From the NCBI GenBank assembly GCA_009602735.1, contig WELA01000881.1:132861-196860 (forward strand): a stretch of 64,000 nt of DNA, in the 5' to 3' direction. The position numbers were made by a program, and so were the translations under genes. The notes below the pieces were generated by a model. The model worked only from the letters and a program-made list of their open reading frames with translations. It ran no database searches and was not told where the DNA came from. Of the stretch, positions 14,089 through 27,959 are shown in pieces. Numbering within the stretch: position 1 is the first letter of the stretch; every line of letters starts with the position of its first letter. This stretch comes from Mesotaenium endlicherianum. Lineage: Eukaryota.

Positions 14089-17000
14089 GATTAGGAGCTC
14101 GTGAAGACAAACACACGTGCAGCCCAGTGGAGGTGGCAGCCTGCCCTGCCAAAATGGCTGGCATAGTAGTTTCAGATAAAGCTGAGCCTCTACTCCTGTT
14201 CAGTTCAGAGATCTGGAGAGATCAAGCCACCATGCACTGGCTGACAGCGGGAGTTTACCTAGAGGGATTAGCTCCTGGAGAGAGGGACCAGGTAAGCCAT
14301 CGTGCCAAAATGCTTTGTTGGAAACGCAAAAATTTTCCCAAGATTGAAGAAGCAAGGCAAAAAAAGTTAGTGCTAGAACTTACCAAGAGATTAGCTCTTG
14401 AGCAGGAAATGCACAAAGGCACCAGACACTATAGTGTCAAGAAAGACTTACAGTCTTTTGGAGCTGTCTTTCTAGTGAAGGGGCATGAAGCAACAGTGTG
14501 AGGACGTAGTCAAGGCCTGCAAAAGCTGTGACCGCGTCAAGGCTGGTAACAGACAACAACACCCACACTTGCAACCTCTGCCAATCATGGGCCTAGGCTA
14601 TCGCAGGAGCTGCGATCTCGCAAGTGAGCTACCGCTGTCCAAGCAAGGTAATAAGTGTATCATGGTCATGATTGAGCACTTCTTTAAGTGGATAGAGGTT
14701 GTTCCTCCATTTGCAAAGGAGAGTTTGGGGACAGCGGAAGCGCTCCTCAACAATGTAATTGTGCGTGTAGGAGCTCTAGCAAAAGTGCTTACGAACCCAG
14801 GGTCTGAGTTCTAAAAGTCATTTCAAGAATTTTTGGATAAATCCTTCATTGATCATCGCACTACGTTTAAGGACCATCCACAAGAAGATAATGTAGCAAA
14901 GCGAATGGGGAAAACCACTAAGTCAGCTTTACGAAATTAGTGCTTAGAACACGTCGAGCAAAATTAGGATCTGCCCCTGCCATGGCGGGTAATGGGTTAC
15001 AAATTCAGCATGCAGGCTGCATTGACGAATTACTCTCCATACGAGATTATGTTTGGAAGGAGTCCTATCGTGCCTAGCAACATCAAGCAGATTGGGTTTA
15101 AACAGTTAGCAATAAAGTCAAAGTCCAAGCCACATGAAAGTGTGGCTGCGGCAAGTCAAATTGACACTCAGCAATGGGTGAGGTTTGACATACAAGTCAA
15201 CTGGAAAGCTTATTACGTTGGGACCAGCAAATGGTCTATGTCAGCAAATACCAATAGGGCAAGACTGTTTGCACAGCCAACCTGGCAATGCCAAGCGATT
15301 AGAGCTGTGTGAGTGGGCGTCCACTTTGAGTGTTGCAAGCTTGCACGCCATGCAGGCATGAGTGTTGACCGAAAAGCCAAGCACTCGCATGCGACAATCA
15401 CGAGGTGTGCATGCATGATAAGTGACAGTTGCTAAGTCAGATCGGTGTGAGGAACGAAGCATTGACAACGCGCAAGCCAAGCGCTGTGGCTAAGTATTTG
15501 AGTTCTGAAGAGAGGATGGCATGTGTGGTGCCTGAGAATGGCACGAGCCTTGCACGTACTTGCCTTATTCTTGCCCTCACATTTTGCCAAGAAGCAGAAG
15601 GGAAAAGAAGCGAAAGGAGAGGAGAAGGAGCGCGAAGGAGAAGGAGTTCCCAAGGCCACACAAGAGCTAAGAAGCCACGCTGCTCTCGACGCTTGAAGAT
15701 TCTCACTCTTGTTGTGGAAGCGTGTATAATCAGGGAGCAATCTATGCCCTTCAATTGAACTCCGTGTACTCATCTATACCCCTTGACTCACTTACTCTAG
15801 TGTGCAATAATTGCGAAGGGATCAACAAAGGCAATGAAATGTGTTTAGTGATCAGAGAAGCTGGGACATCCCTGGTAGTTGTGCCATAGGTGTAAAACCA
15901 TGGAATTTGTCCGCTATGTGACCCCGAAATGCCAGAAGGCATAACTATGTCAATAATTATCCAAATTGAGCAAACTCAGCGGCAACAACCGCATATTGAT
16001 GAGACCGTGAAGTCCTAGTTTGTTCTATTTGAAGCACAGACAAACAAGCCATGTCAATTTCCGTGAAATCTGGTCCTAATAACAAACCCAAAAGTGCACA
16101 CATGACTTGCAAGCATAAATCCGACTCCAAAGCCTACTATCCAGGAATGAAGAACCACGAGATCCCAGCGTGCAATGAATCTAGTGACCACCTGGTTAAC
16201 CACGGCGTTATTAAATATATGCAGCTTGCTACTTTAATTTATATACATAGTAATTTGATGGTGCTAACAAGAGTGTGAGTTGAGTGGTAGCTGTATAGTC
16301 GATAGACAATATCATATGGACATATAAGTGTGAGAGTTGACTGAGTTATAGGGCAACTCAAATGACTCGTGTGTTGACTTGTGTGTGGTTGACTTAGCAG
16401 TCATGTGTTGAGTGATAGGTACCTCAAGTAGTTGAGATTTAGGTGAAGCGTGAATGAGGAGGCAACCGCAAAGCAAGCCGGTTAAGTAAGTGAAACAATA
16501 TGTAAGCAAGTGCACTCTTGAAAGTAAGAAAGAAGGGTTGTTGGAGACGTGAGTACTGGAGGCCGGTGTGTATGTGAGTGGCCTTGTGTACTAATGTGTT
16601 AGTGTACGTGTGTAAGCGTGTAATACTGTGATAGTGATGCAGCTTAGTGTGTATAGAGCTGCAAGTAGTGTAGCGCAAGTGTGTGAGAGGAGCCGAACAT
16701 AGAGTGCCGCTCAAGTGGAGTCTTTAAGCTAATGAAGCTTAACGAGGTGGCGTGCTCAAAGCGCATGAGGAGGGAGTCTTAGTGACTTTGTGCGGTAGTC
16801 ATCGTGACTAGTGAAGGCCTGTGTGGAAAGCCTGTGTGGCAGCGTCTGTGTGACGTAGTGGATAGTCTTTGTGACTACAAAGTGACTCTAAGTGACTCTG
16901 TCCTGTAGTCTTTGTGACTACGAGGGCCTCAATGGCGAGACATGCTCTAAGTGAGTTTGTGGAGGAGAGGAGACGAGAAGAGGAGAAGAGAAGAGAAGTA

Positions 17001-20000
17001 TGTCATGGGCCTTAATTACAACATGGTATTAGAGCAAGTTAAGATCCTTGGACATCGTGAAGTTGGGTGAATTTGGTGAACCTAGAGCGACTAGAGCGTG
17101 AGTCTTGGTGATTCTTAGTACTCGTTAAAGAGTGAGAGATCAAGCTCTGTGTCATAACAACTTAGTAATCTCTCATGAGAAAAAAGTCATTGTGGCCTCC
17201 TGAGTGTGTGACTGGTCGGTTTGACCAGTGAGTGGAGATCGTCAATGTGACCATTAGCCGGGAGCGGGCAAAGGCTTAATAGAGGAAAGCAAACTGTGAG
17301 CGGAGCAGGCAAGAAGTAGCCTGTGAAAGTAGGAAGCATCTGCAACGTTCAGCTAAGGCGTAGTGAGCGGGATGAAATTCAGGAGTGAGTTGAGAGCCTG
17401 TGAGACTCGTGGGCGGGCTGACGGAATTAGCAGGCAGTGAGCAAACACGTGCTGCAGTGAGCAGAGTGAGCAATAGCGTGCAGCTACCAAATTGCGAGTG
17501 TTTGCAATAGGGAGCACACAAGGTGGGAGCGGACTGGAGTGGGACGCAGTCAAAAAGATCCAATTTCGATAGAAAGTGAATGTGTTGAGAAGCTTTTATC
17601 AAGAGCAAGCAGTGAGTTAGTATTTAGTGAGAGAAGCCGATTCTGAAGATAGTGAGAAAACAGTGAGTGCGTTGAAAGAGCGAGAAGAGGCGACGAGGAA
17701 AGCTGACTGTGTGAAACAATCGTGAGGGCCTACTAAGCTAAGTAAGGAGCAGACAACCGGCATAAAAGAGCCGATTGAGAAGAAGGAGTGTGAGTTAATA
17801 TGAGGCGGAGAGTGTGCAAGCTACAAAGAGCTAGGAGAGTGCACAGTGAGTGAAGCCGCTTCCGAAGTGAGCGGAGCAGTAGGCCCAAGTCTGCTAGCGG
17901 ACAAAGATGAGTAATTTCGTTCGTGATAAAACTAGCAAGTTGTGAGAGTGCGGAATAATGTGTTTGAAGAAGCAGGCAACTGTGAAGTTGAGAAGAGTAG
18001 AGAGATGAAACATATGAGCTATTTGACAGTGGGCGAGATAGAAGGTTAGCAAAGAATGTGCAGACATAAGCTAACGGACTAGCAAGCGTTGACAAGTTTA
18101 ATCCTTGGTTGTCTGAGAGATACGTGGGTCTTGTCCATGGCACAAGTGAGTGTGTTGAGATGTTTTAGTGGGAGAAGTTGTCAGCAAGAAAAGAAGTACA
18201 GGCTCGAAGTTAGCAGACCTGTGTGAAGAAGCAAACACCTAGCTTTGAGGTCGTGAGAGAAAGCATACAGTGACAGTGTGCTGACAATGAGTGTAAGAAG
18301 AGGTGGCGATGAGTGCTAGCTCTAAGAGCTAGAAGAGTGAGTGAGTAGAGAGACATGTGAGTCGTGAACGAGTTGCGAGAGAATGTAATTGAGCAATAAT
18401 AGGTCGACACTGGGCAGACATTTAGAGACTTAGTAGAGGGGGACCAAGGTGAAAGCTGCTAGAGAGGGAGAATCAAGTGAGAGTGTGCGGACATAGAGAT
18501 AAGGTGTGAGGAGATAGTATAGAGATAGCAGAACAGAGAAGGCAGTTTGAAAGGGGCAGAGTGCCCTAGTGGAAGCGTAGTAACTCACGAGGAAAGGAAC
18601 TAGTTGCAATCATACTAGAGAGTGCAGCGACATATTGCTAAGAAAGCTTAGGAAAAGTACTTCACATTTTGAGTGGCAAGAAATTGCTGACAAATGGTGT
18701 AGGATGAAAGGCCTTGTCATAACAAACCCGTAGACATTTACAGAAGTGAAAACTGATAAGAAACAAAGAAGTTATGCCTATTTATAATTTTCTGCCCAAG
18801 TGCTCTTCTCTAGAAGGAAGCTACGGATTTTCCTACGTGTTCGTCAAATCGTCCCTTCAAGAATATTCGTGAGTAAGCCAGATCAGTCTAATCTGACGTG
18901 TCGGGCTGAATTGATGTCCACATACATGCATCGACATTACAAGAATATTCTTAGACGCGCTAGGCTATATCGAAACTTCTAGGTAAATCCACCTAGTCGG
19001 CACTCCGCGTCAGCCGAACTTACGTGAAGCTTTGAGTTCATTCTAACGGGCCAGATCGCTCGACGCTGTCGGTCAATCCGACGGTCGCGCTCACCGCAAA
19101 TTAAGGATAGTCGTCAACTGACCTCAAAACTAATTAAACTTCAGAAATCCATAACTCTCTCAATACTTGACCAAATTCTTTGAACTTTAAAACAAAATGA
19201 TCACAAACATGCACTCTATACTATTATACAATCAAAACATACTTTCATGAAACTCAAAAATGCACTTTATAAACCTGTGACCTTACATCATCCCCCTCCT
19301 CAAGATGCAACGTCCTCGACGCATTCTGCAGATGACGTCTCAACTTACTCTTACAATGAGTCAAGTTGGCCTCAGGGTCCCAAATGTTGTTGTCCGCATG
19401 GTAGCCTTTTCACTTGACCAGATACTCTTGGACAAATCGTTGGCCTCGCTTGACTCGTCAATCGCCGAGAATCGCCTCCACTTCATACTCCAATCCATCA
19501 TCGATCTCGACCGGTGGTGGCGGTGTAGGTAGTCGTCCTGGATATCCTTCATTCGGGTCAACGTATGGCCGCAAACAACTGACATGGAACACATCATGGA
19601 TACGCCAGCCTGAAGGAAGTTCCAACTTGTAGGCCACTGGATTCACCTGCTTGAGCACTACAAAGGGACCTGTAAACCGTGCCCGCAATTTCCTCTTGCC
19701 TGTGAAAGGTAGGTTTTCTGTGGACAAGAGTACTTTGTTGCCCACATGGAATGTCACTTCCTTCCTGTGCTTGTTAGCATGCTTAACTTGCTCTTCCTGT
19801 GCCTTCCGAATACACGTCTCTGCCATATCCCAAGTCTTGGCCATCTGCTCCATAAAAGCTTGTGTAGTAGGAACCTGAGTCTCCTTGGCCTTGTCCAACA
19901 AGATGTTCTCTGGATGATATACTTCTTGCCCAAAAACCATAGCAAATGGTGATTGCTTGGTCGATCCCTGCATGTTGTTGTTGTAGGCAAACTCCAATTC

Positions 20001-21547
20001 TGGCAACTTCTTGTCCCTCTTTGAAGGGTTCTCCATAGTGAAACTCCTGAGCACCTCTTCTAGAGTTCTGTTGAGCCTCTCACTCTGCCCGTCTCTTTGA
20101 GGGAGATAGGAAGTGCTCATACTCAGCTTGGTCCCCATCAAAGTAAACAATGACCGCCAAAAGTTGCTAGTAAACCTTGGATCCCGATCTGAAACAATCA
20201 CCTGAGGCAACTCATGTAGCCTAAAAATATGATCAAAGAATAGCCGTGCCACATCCGCTGCCGTAGAAGTCTCCTTCATGGGAATGAAGTGAGCCATCTT
20301 GCTGAGTCTGTCAGACACAACCCTTACTGCATCGTGCCCTTGACCACTTACTGGTAAGGATGTGACGAAGTCCATAGCAATTTGCTCCCAAGGGTACTCT
20401 AGAATAGGCAGGGGTTGCAAGGTACCTCCCTTCTTTTGATATGGTGTCTTGTCGCGCTGGCACGCATCGCACCTCCTGATCCACTCCTCGATGTCCTTGT
20501 CCATATTTCTCCACTAGTACTCCCGCTTCAGCACGCTTGCCGTCTTCTCGCTTCCAAAGTGTCCAGCATATAAGCAATCATGATGCTCCGCAAGTAGTAA
20601 GTCTTGTAGCTCCTTGATGTCAGGTACCACCACTCCGTTGGAATCACCATAATACCATATGCCGTCCTTCTTCTGCATACTTGAGTTGGACTCAGCTGCT
20701 CCACCATCAGCAAATTCTGGGTCCTCCTCATAACCTCTTTGAAGCTTCTCTTTGGAGTCCATATTCTCCTTGATGACTGAGACAGCTGCAAGGTCACACC
20801 TCCTGGATAAAGCGTCTGCAGGGTTGATCTTCCCAGGTAAGTACTCAATCTTGTGGTCGAACTGTTGCAGAAACTCCATCCACCTTGCCTGTCTTGGTGT
20901 CAACGTTGGCTGCGTCATAAACTTCTCCAAGCTCTTGTGGTCAATCTTGATGAACACCTTCCGTCCGTCCATATAACATCGCCAAATCCTCAAAGCCTGG
21001 ACAATAGCCAACATCTCCTGCTCGTGTGCTGCATAATTCTGCTCAGCAGGACTCAAATTCCTGCTCTCGTATGCCACAGGCTGCAATCCTTTGCCTTGGT
21101 CCTGGAGAAGAATGGCCCCCACTGCAAAGTTGGATGCGTCTGTGATGATGGTGAAAGGAAGTATTGGACTGGCGATTACCAACACAGGTGCCTGTGTCAA
21201 TAACGCCTTAATCCTCTCAAATGCTTGCTGCTCCTATAGCTACTTCTCCTGCTTCTTCAACATGCCCGTGAGCGGTGCACACACCTTGGCAAATCCTTCA
21301 ATAAAACGTTGATAATAATTTGCCATGCCGAGGAAACTCCTGAGTTGATGAATATCAGCAGGTTCCGGCCAATCTCTGACTGCTTGCACCTTCCTCTGTT
21401 CCACCTTGACTCCTTCAGCTCCCACTATGTGCCCAAGAAACTCGACCTTCTTGAGACAGAAGTTGCACTTGCTCATCTTCCCATATAGCTTCTGATCTCT
21501 CAAGACTTCCAACACCTTCCTCAGATGCTCCACATGCTCTTCCAAGG

Positions 21548-24500
21548 TGAAATGAATCGACTTACCGAATAGGCGATGAACAATTAATAAAGATCTTTAT
21601 ATCAGCAAGTAATCTCTATGGTATTTCCGTTAACTAGTTTAACGGCAAAGGACAACACACTAGCAGTGGATAATAATCGTCAGTCAAATGCAAGTAAAGT
21701 AGCATGTGTAATGCAAATCAGTAAACTCATAAATAAGCAAAGTTAGAAGACAGTGCGTATCAATGGCTTCTCGTTTTGGATTCAGATCTCTCTCAGTAAG
21801 CTGTACAAGAGAGTTGGCCTCGTTTCCAAATGCCGAACTCGAGAGCAATGCCTAGCATATGTACACGGAATGAGTTTACTGTTCAACGGTCAGTGCGATG
21901 GCACCGCGTACCCGGGAGTTAACCACGTTGGTAGGACCTCGATTAACCAAATCCACCGCCATCTCCCATCATCCCAAATCGCCATCCATCATAAGGATGT
22001 CATCTGGCCATTCATCTAGCATACCACACTTAGATGCATATCGAGGCAGTTAGCTGCTACCGAGTACGGAAGTCAGCTGGCTGTCAAAGAATGTGTCAGC
22101 AAGCTGACTTAAGGTGACCTCAGCCTGCTACTTCCGGCCAAGTCATTAAACTGATATTAAGTATAAAGTCCAGCAGACTGATTGTTAACTAGAGTTTAGC
22201 AGGCTGAACTTATTTAACTATATTATTTAAATGAATATAATATCAACCAGTATACTGATTCCTTACAATCCCTCCAAGTTATTATGTTGTCGCCGCGACA
22301 ACACTATCACTAATAACAGCGTGCTGTCCCTCGTATTTCCAGCCTGCTGCCGTTAGGAGGGAGATGTCCCTGAGGCCCTATGCTCAGGGGAGCCAGACCT
22401 CCTCCTGTCTTGGGGTCTTCTGAAGCCTGTTAGAGAAGGGGGTTCCGTGTAAGGACCCGGCGGAGAACGCAGTAACTGGGCTGTTTCTTCCTGCACAGTC
22501 TGAAACTGAAGGGAGGCAGCCTTCTTCTGGGCAGCCCTCAAACTGACAGGTACGTATACCGGCATCCCAGAAGGATGTTGCATGACATGAGCCAAGGGTA
22601 CATGCCCTCTCTGCGAGGGAGATGCTGGCAGGCCTCTGGCTATCTCCCGAGCAGCCCTCTCGTCTGCCCTGTCCGACTAGGTCTCCCTGCCTGGAGATGG
22701 GCTCTGTCCTCTGGCAGTCCCCAGCCAAGTGATATCCTCCTCTTGAGCGAGTTGCGGCGGGGCCCACCCCGTCTTCTCCCCTTCAGGGAATGTGGCAGGT
22801 GTGAGGATCACGGCGGGGCTAGTGTCCTCCTCCTCGCCTTCCTCCTCGTCTTCCTCCGACTCCGCCTCCTCGCCGTCCCCGGGTTCCTCTGAGACTTCTG
22901 GGGTCTCCTCTGTCCGCTGCTCCAGCTCTTCCCGAGAAAAAGAATATCCTACTGACCTTCCCCTTTTGGGTGCTGGTGGGGGCTGCTGAGTCCGGACCGC
23001 ATAGAGGTCCTTTTCCCCCTGCTTACTTGCCCATTTGGCATAAGCGTGCTTCCCTTTGGAGAATGACTCTCGGGCCCTGCTTCTGTCCCCCTGCATCTCT
23101 TGGCTCATGCAGTTTCTGACTCCATCCAATCTTGGGTCCCAAGCCGCAATGTGAGGGGGCAATACTATGTTCTCGTTTAGGTCTGTCAGGATATCCTCAT
23201 CCGTCGCCCTGTCATTCTGCTGGTCCCTCATGTTGATGGTCATCCATCGCCAATCAGTGGGCTTTGGAAGAAGGCAGGGTCTGTCCTTTTAAGAGTACAA
23301 GGGTACCAGTGCCGTGCAAACTCCAGCTGACTGGTTTCTGTGGCCAAGAATTCCCAGCTCCTCCTCTCCACCTCATTGTACATGGCCTTGAACCTGTTGT
23401 GGGGTGTGGAGTCCTTGAAGCTGTCCGCGTCCATGGGGATCATCCTGATGACCCTATCTGCCCCCCAGATACCAGGAATCGAGACAGCTCCTGCTTTGTT
23501 CACCTGGGCCATTGCCTTGGCCTCTCCGATGGTATATCCTACCATCCTGGCGTAATCGTGGTAGAGGAGGAGCCCTGTGCCGACCTCTATATACTTGTCA
23601 AAGTTTTCCGATGTCTCCCCTTCCTTCTGGAGGATTTCTTTCTTCGACTCGCTGCGACTTCTCTGGGCATACTTGAAGGCCTCCTCCAGTAGATCAAAGC
23701 AGCATTGACCTCTACTCGCTGAGTAGTGTCCTCAACAGTCCCTCTCGCTCCTGCAGCAGCAGTTCCTGCCGCATTCAGCCGGTCACGTATTTGACCTAGG
23801 GGTAGATTGAGTTGTACAGCAGGAGGTGGGTTCAGAACATTGGCCCTTGATGCCATAAGTTCCTCGACAATGCGCTCGTCAGCTGGCTGTCTTTCCCTCC
23901 TTTTTGTATTTTCCGCGCCCTTTGCTAATTGTTCAGCTTCTAGCCTGGCTCTCGCCTCCTCAGCTTGCTGTGCTGCGACTGCGGCAATAGCAGCTGCCTC
24001 ATCTGCAGCCTCCCTAGTTGCACTATCTGCTACTGCTTCAGAATAGTTACGGTTTCCCGCTACATGGCTTTCCGCCTGGTTTTCGACATTCTCGTTATCA
24101 TTGTTCTCCATGTCTCGGGAGTTGGTAGTTTGAGACCTTGTCCTTACCATACAAAGAAGACTGTGATAACTGCTCCGATACCACTTAAATATATCGACTT
24201 ACCGAATAGGCGATTAACAATTAATAAAGATCTTTATATCAGCAAGTAATCTTTATGGTATTTCCATTTACTGGTTTAACGGCAAAGGACAACACACTAG
24301 CAGTGGATAATAATCGTCAGTCAAATGCGAGTAAAGTAGCATGTGTAATGCAAATCAGTAAACTCATACATAAGCAAGGTTAGAAGACAGTGTGTATCAA
24401 TGGCTTCTCGCCTTGGATTCAGATCTCTCTCAGTAAGCTGTACAAGAGAGTTGGCCTCGTTTCCGAATGCCGAACTCGAGAGCAATGCCTAGCATATGTC

Positions 24501-24947
24501 CACGGAATGAGTTTATTGTTCAACGGTCAGTGCGATGGCACCGCCTACCCGGGAGTTAACCACGTTGGTAGGACCTCGGTTAACCAAATCCACCGCCATC
24601 TCCCATCATCCCGAATCGCCATCCATCATAGGGATGTCATCTGGCNNNNNNNNNNNNNNNNNNNNNNNNNNNNNNAGGTGGTACTTAGATGCATGTCGAG
24701 GCAGTTAGCTGCTACCGAGTACGGAAGTCAGCTGGCTGTCAAAGAATGTGTCAGCAAGCTGACTTAAGGTGACCTCAGCCTGCTACTTCCGGCCAAGTCA
24801 TTAAACTGATAATTATGTAAAGTCCAGCAGACTGATTATTAACTAAAGTTCAGCAGACTGACTACTAACTAAAGTTCAGCAGGCTGAACTTATTTAACTA
24901 TATCATTTAAATGAATATAATATCAACCAGTATACTGATTCATTACA
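21548..24947 (-). mobile_element. Complete 3.4-kb non-autonomous LTR retroelement; LTRs 21548-22267 and 24185-24947
   Basis: Two highly similar LTRs. PBS TGGTATCGGAGC (- strand, 24172-24183) and PPT TTGGAGGGAT (22268-22277). 5-bp TSD CAAGG (21543-21547) / CCAGG (24948-24952). Splits the host RT at YSKT|LEEHVEH. Confidence 0.95.
22353..24150 (-). pseudogene. ~600-codon ORF of unknown function (MVRTRSQ...), broken by two frameshifts and one stop
   Basis: ORF pieces 24150-23587, ~23697-23240, 23243-22677 and 22676-22353 tile the whole interior. Contains an Ala/Glu coiled-coil-like N-terminus, a globular-looking middle, an acidic tract and a Pro/Ser/Arg-rich tail. Confidence 0.7.
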
Positions 24948-27900
24948 CCAGGTCTTTGAATAGATCAGGATGTTGTCCAAAAATACTACCACAAACTGAT
25001 CCAAGTAGGGTCTGAACATACTATTGATGAGTCCCCTGAATGTAGCAGGTGCATTAGTCAACCCAAAAGGCATAACTGTGGACTCAAATAACCCATAACG
25101 AGTCCTGAAAGTTGTCTTTTGAACGTCTCCTTCCGCAATTCGTACCTGGTGATAGCCACTCCTCAAATCGATCTTTGAGATATACTTCGCCCCCACAAGC
25201 CTGTCAATCAACTCATCCACTCGTGGAAGTGGGTACCTGTTGACACACATCCTCATAGTCCCATCCTTCTTCTTATCAAATAAGACTGGCGCTGCAAATG
25301 GAGACTCGCTGGGTCGGATGAATCCCTTCTCCAATAATTCTGTCAGCTGCTTCTTCAACTCATCCAACTCCGCAAACGTTTGAAGATAGGCGGGTCTCAC
25401 TGGTGGCTTGCTCCCTAGTTCCAACTCGATCTTGTGCTCCATAGCTCTCTGTGGAGGTAATCCTGCAGGTAGCTCCTCAGGGAATACGCACTTGAACTCC
25501 TCCAAGAGCACCTTAATTTGGGCAGGCATCTCAGCAGGCTTCTTCTCTTGAGCGGTTGGGCTCTGCTCCTTGTGAGCAAGGGGATCAGACACCAGTACTT
25601 GCTCCTCTGGCGATGTACTTTCGCCCAGGCTGTTATGATTCACGCTTGCTCCATCTGATGACCTGGCCAGGGCCACCGAAACAAGGTACATCTCTTTCAC
25701 CTGATTCGCCCTGCATAGCTTCTTAACTTGCAGGCTCGACAGAAGACAGTTACTTGTGGTCGTATCTACCTCCACCTGCTTCGCTGTCTCCATTCGACCA
25801 TCACGCCCTTGGACTTTCACTTGTCCTGTGCTCCAGTGCACTTGAGGGTTGGCTTTTCTGAGCCATGGTCGGCCCAATATCACCTCATGATGACCTAACT
25901 CTGTCTGCTCCATAAATTCTGTACTCTGGTGCCCCGCTACTTCCACGTGAACAGCTTCCGTAGGTGCACCACACTTGAGTCTCTGCCCATTCGCCAAAAT
26001 TGCTTCCTTAGGCTCATAATGCTTCTGCACAGGAATTCGCCACTCCTTCACAAGCTTCTTGTGCACAAAGTTTGCACTTGCGCCACTGTCGACCATACAC
26101 TTTGCCTTGTTGCCGTCGACCACTCCTTCCACGATGATAGGCTTGTCAACATCTCGTCTTTCGCTTCTCGGCAGGCTCCCGGGGATAACCTCCTTGTGAG
26201 TTCTTGTCTTCACGCCAGTAGACACCCCAGAAGGACTTACTGGCGTCCTCCTTTTTCCTGCTGTTGAGGTTGCTTCGCCTTCACATAACAGTCTCGAGCC
26301 AGATGTCCAAGCTTGCCGCAATCATAGCAGGGTCCTCTCGGCTTGAAATCCTACTGCCTGCGCTGGTACTGCACAAGTCCCATCTCCATGGGTACTGGGC
26401 CTTGTCCACTCGTGCTTGGCGCTTGAGATCCAAAGTGTCGATGTCCTCCAAAGTTGTGGCTGCCCCACTGCCTTTGACTATACTCCACAGCGTTCCCACG
26501 TTGCCAATGCTATCATTTCTCCAAGACTGGTAGGGTCCTTGAGCGCCACTTCCTTGGCCACAGTTGGCTTGAGTCCCCTCTTGAACTTGTCCATCATCTC
26601 CGACTCGTGCATGGATGGACATTGAAGCACGAGCTCGTTGAAGCGCGATACATACTCTTGAACGCTTGCTCGTTGACGAAGGCGCACCAATAGATCTCGA
26701 GCGGTTGCCTCGGGTGCAATAGGTTGAAATTGCCTCATCAAGCCTTCAAAGAGCTGATCAACAGTAGTAGGAACTCCAGACAGTTGCTCTTCTCGTTTGT
26801 ACCAAGCTCCAGCACTCTTCTGCAGCAAAGTTATGACAAAGGCAACTTACCTGTCGGGCGTGAGCGCAAAATACTCCATAAACTTCTTCACTTTGAAAAT
26901 CCATTGATGAACAGGCGGCGATCCTTGTTCTCCAGTATACACTTCACGCTTAGTCGCACGCACTCCCGATGCGGGTGGAATAACTGGTTGCACCACTGGG
27001 TTAACATGAATTAGTGGTACAACAGGTGTAGGTGGCGAACTTGTCGAAGCGGCATTCCCGATAACAACTCGTACCATTCTCTCCACCTCCTGGCGCATAT
27101 TTTGTTGAAATTGTGTGTAGACTTCTCCTCCAATTGCGTTTGCCATTTGCCTCAACATCGCCTGCATCTCTTGTTGCTCCCTTGGCAAAGGTGGTGCACT
27201 CTGCTCCACGCGCTCAACATGCTCGACATGTTCGCCTCCACCAGTTGCCGACTGCGACTCCATTTTATAACATGCAAACTAGCTCCGCTCCGAAACCAGA
27301 TGAAAGGGGCAGAGTATCCTAGTGGAAGCGTAGTAACTCACGAGGAAAGGAACTCGTTGCAATCATACTAGAGAGTGCAGCGGTTTATTGCTAAGAAAGC
27401 TTGGTAAAATTACTTGACCTTTTGAGTGGCAAGAAATTGCTCACAAATGGTGTAGGATGAAAGGCCTTGTCATTACAAACCCGTAGAAATATACAGATTG
27501 AAAACTGATAAAAAACAAAGAAGTTATGCCTATTTTTAATTTTCTGCCCAAGTGCTCTTCTCTAGGAGGTAGCTACGGATTTTCTCAAGTGTTCGTCAAA
27601 TCGTCCCTTCCAGAATATTCGTGAGTAAGCCAAATCTGTCTAATCTGACGTGTCGGGCTGAATTGACGTCCACGTACATATATCGACATTACAAGAATAT
27701 TCTATCTTAGACGCGCTAGGCTAAACCGAAACTTCTAGGTAAATTGACCTAGTCGGCACTCCGCGTGAGCCGAACTTACATGAAGGTTCGAGTTCATTCT
27801 AACGGGCCAGATCGCTCGACGCTGTCGGTCAATTCGACGGTCGCGCTTACCGCGAATTAAGGACAGTTGTCAATCGACCTCAAAACTAAATAAACTTCAG

Positions 27901-27959
27901 AAATCCGTAACTCTCTTAATACTTGACCAAATTCGATGAAATTTATATCAAAATGACCA

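Larger units (their letters stand above)
6700..15100 (+). mobile_element. Degenerate Ty3/Gypsy retrotransposon internal region, interrupted by a hAT (8681-12244) and a solo LTR (13348-14088)
   Basis: RT N-terminus at 8375-8680 (QLQRLLKTYHKVFA...KPIQLAPHKL) resumes at 12253. RNase H (FTLHTDWSRLGIGAVL...KLARWALKLQE) at 12988-13293. Integrase (CKSCDRVK...LQPLP...EHFFKWIEV; YSPYEIMFGR) at 14485-15070. Many stops and frameshifts. Outer boundaries are approximate. Confidence 0.85.
18548..27959 (-). mobile_element. Ty3/Gypsy chromovirus, near full length, disabled; 3' LTR 18548-19287, truncated 5' LTR 27301-27959
   Basis: Matching LTRs. PBS TGGTTTCGGAGC (- strand, ~27287-27298) and PPT GAGGAGGGGGA (~19291-19301). 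gag from 27263 (QWIFKVKKF, GAWY, LRQRASVQEYVSRF), protease ([10 protein letters not shown]), RT ([25 protein letters not shown]), RNase H (TDASNFAVGAIL), integrase (CDACQR, MDFV, DRLSK, SDRD, GPF) and a chromodomain (EYEVEAILGD). Confidence 0.95.

Noticed and set aside
15100..16208. Unassigned segment with short ORFs on both strands
   Set aside because: No recognisable motifs, termini or repeat partner. Probably transposon debris, but this cannot be supported.
27281..27300. Atypical or self-priming PBS (TGGTTTCGGAGC)
   Set aside because: Only one mismatch from the TGGTATCGGAGC PBS at 24172-24183, so an iMet-type PBS is the simpler reading.
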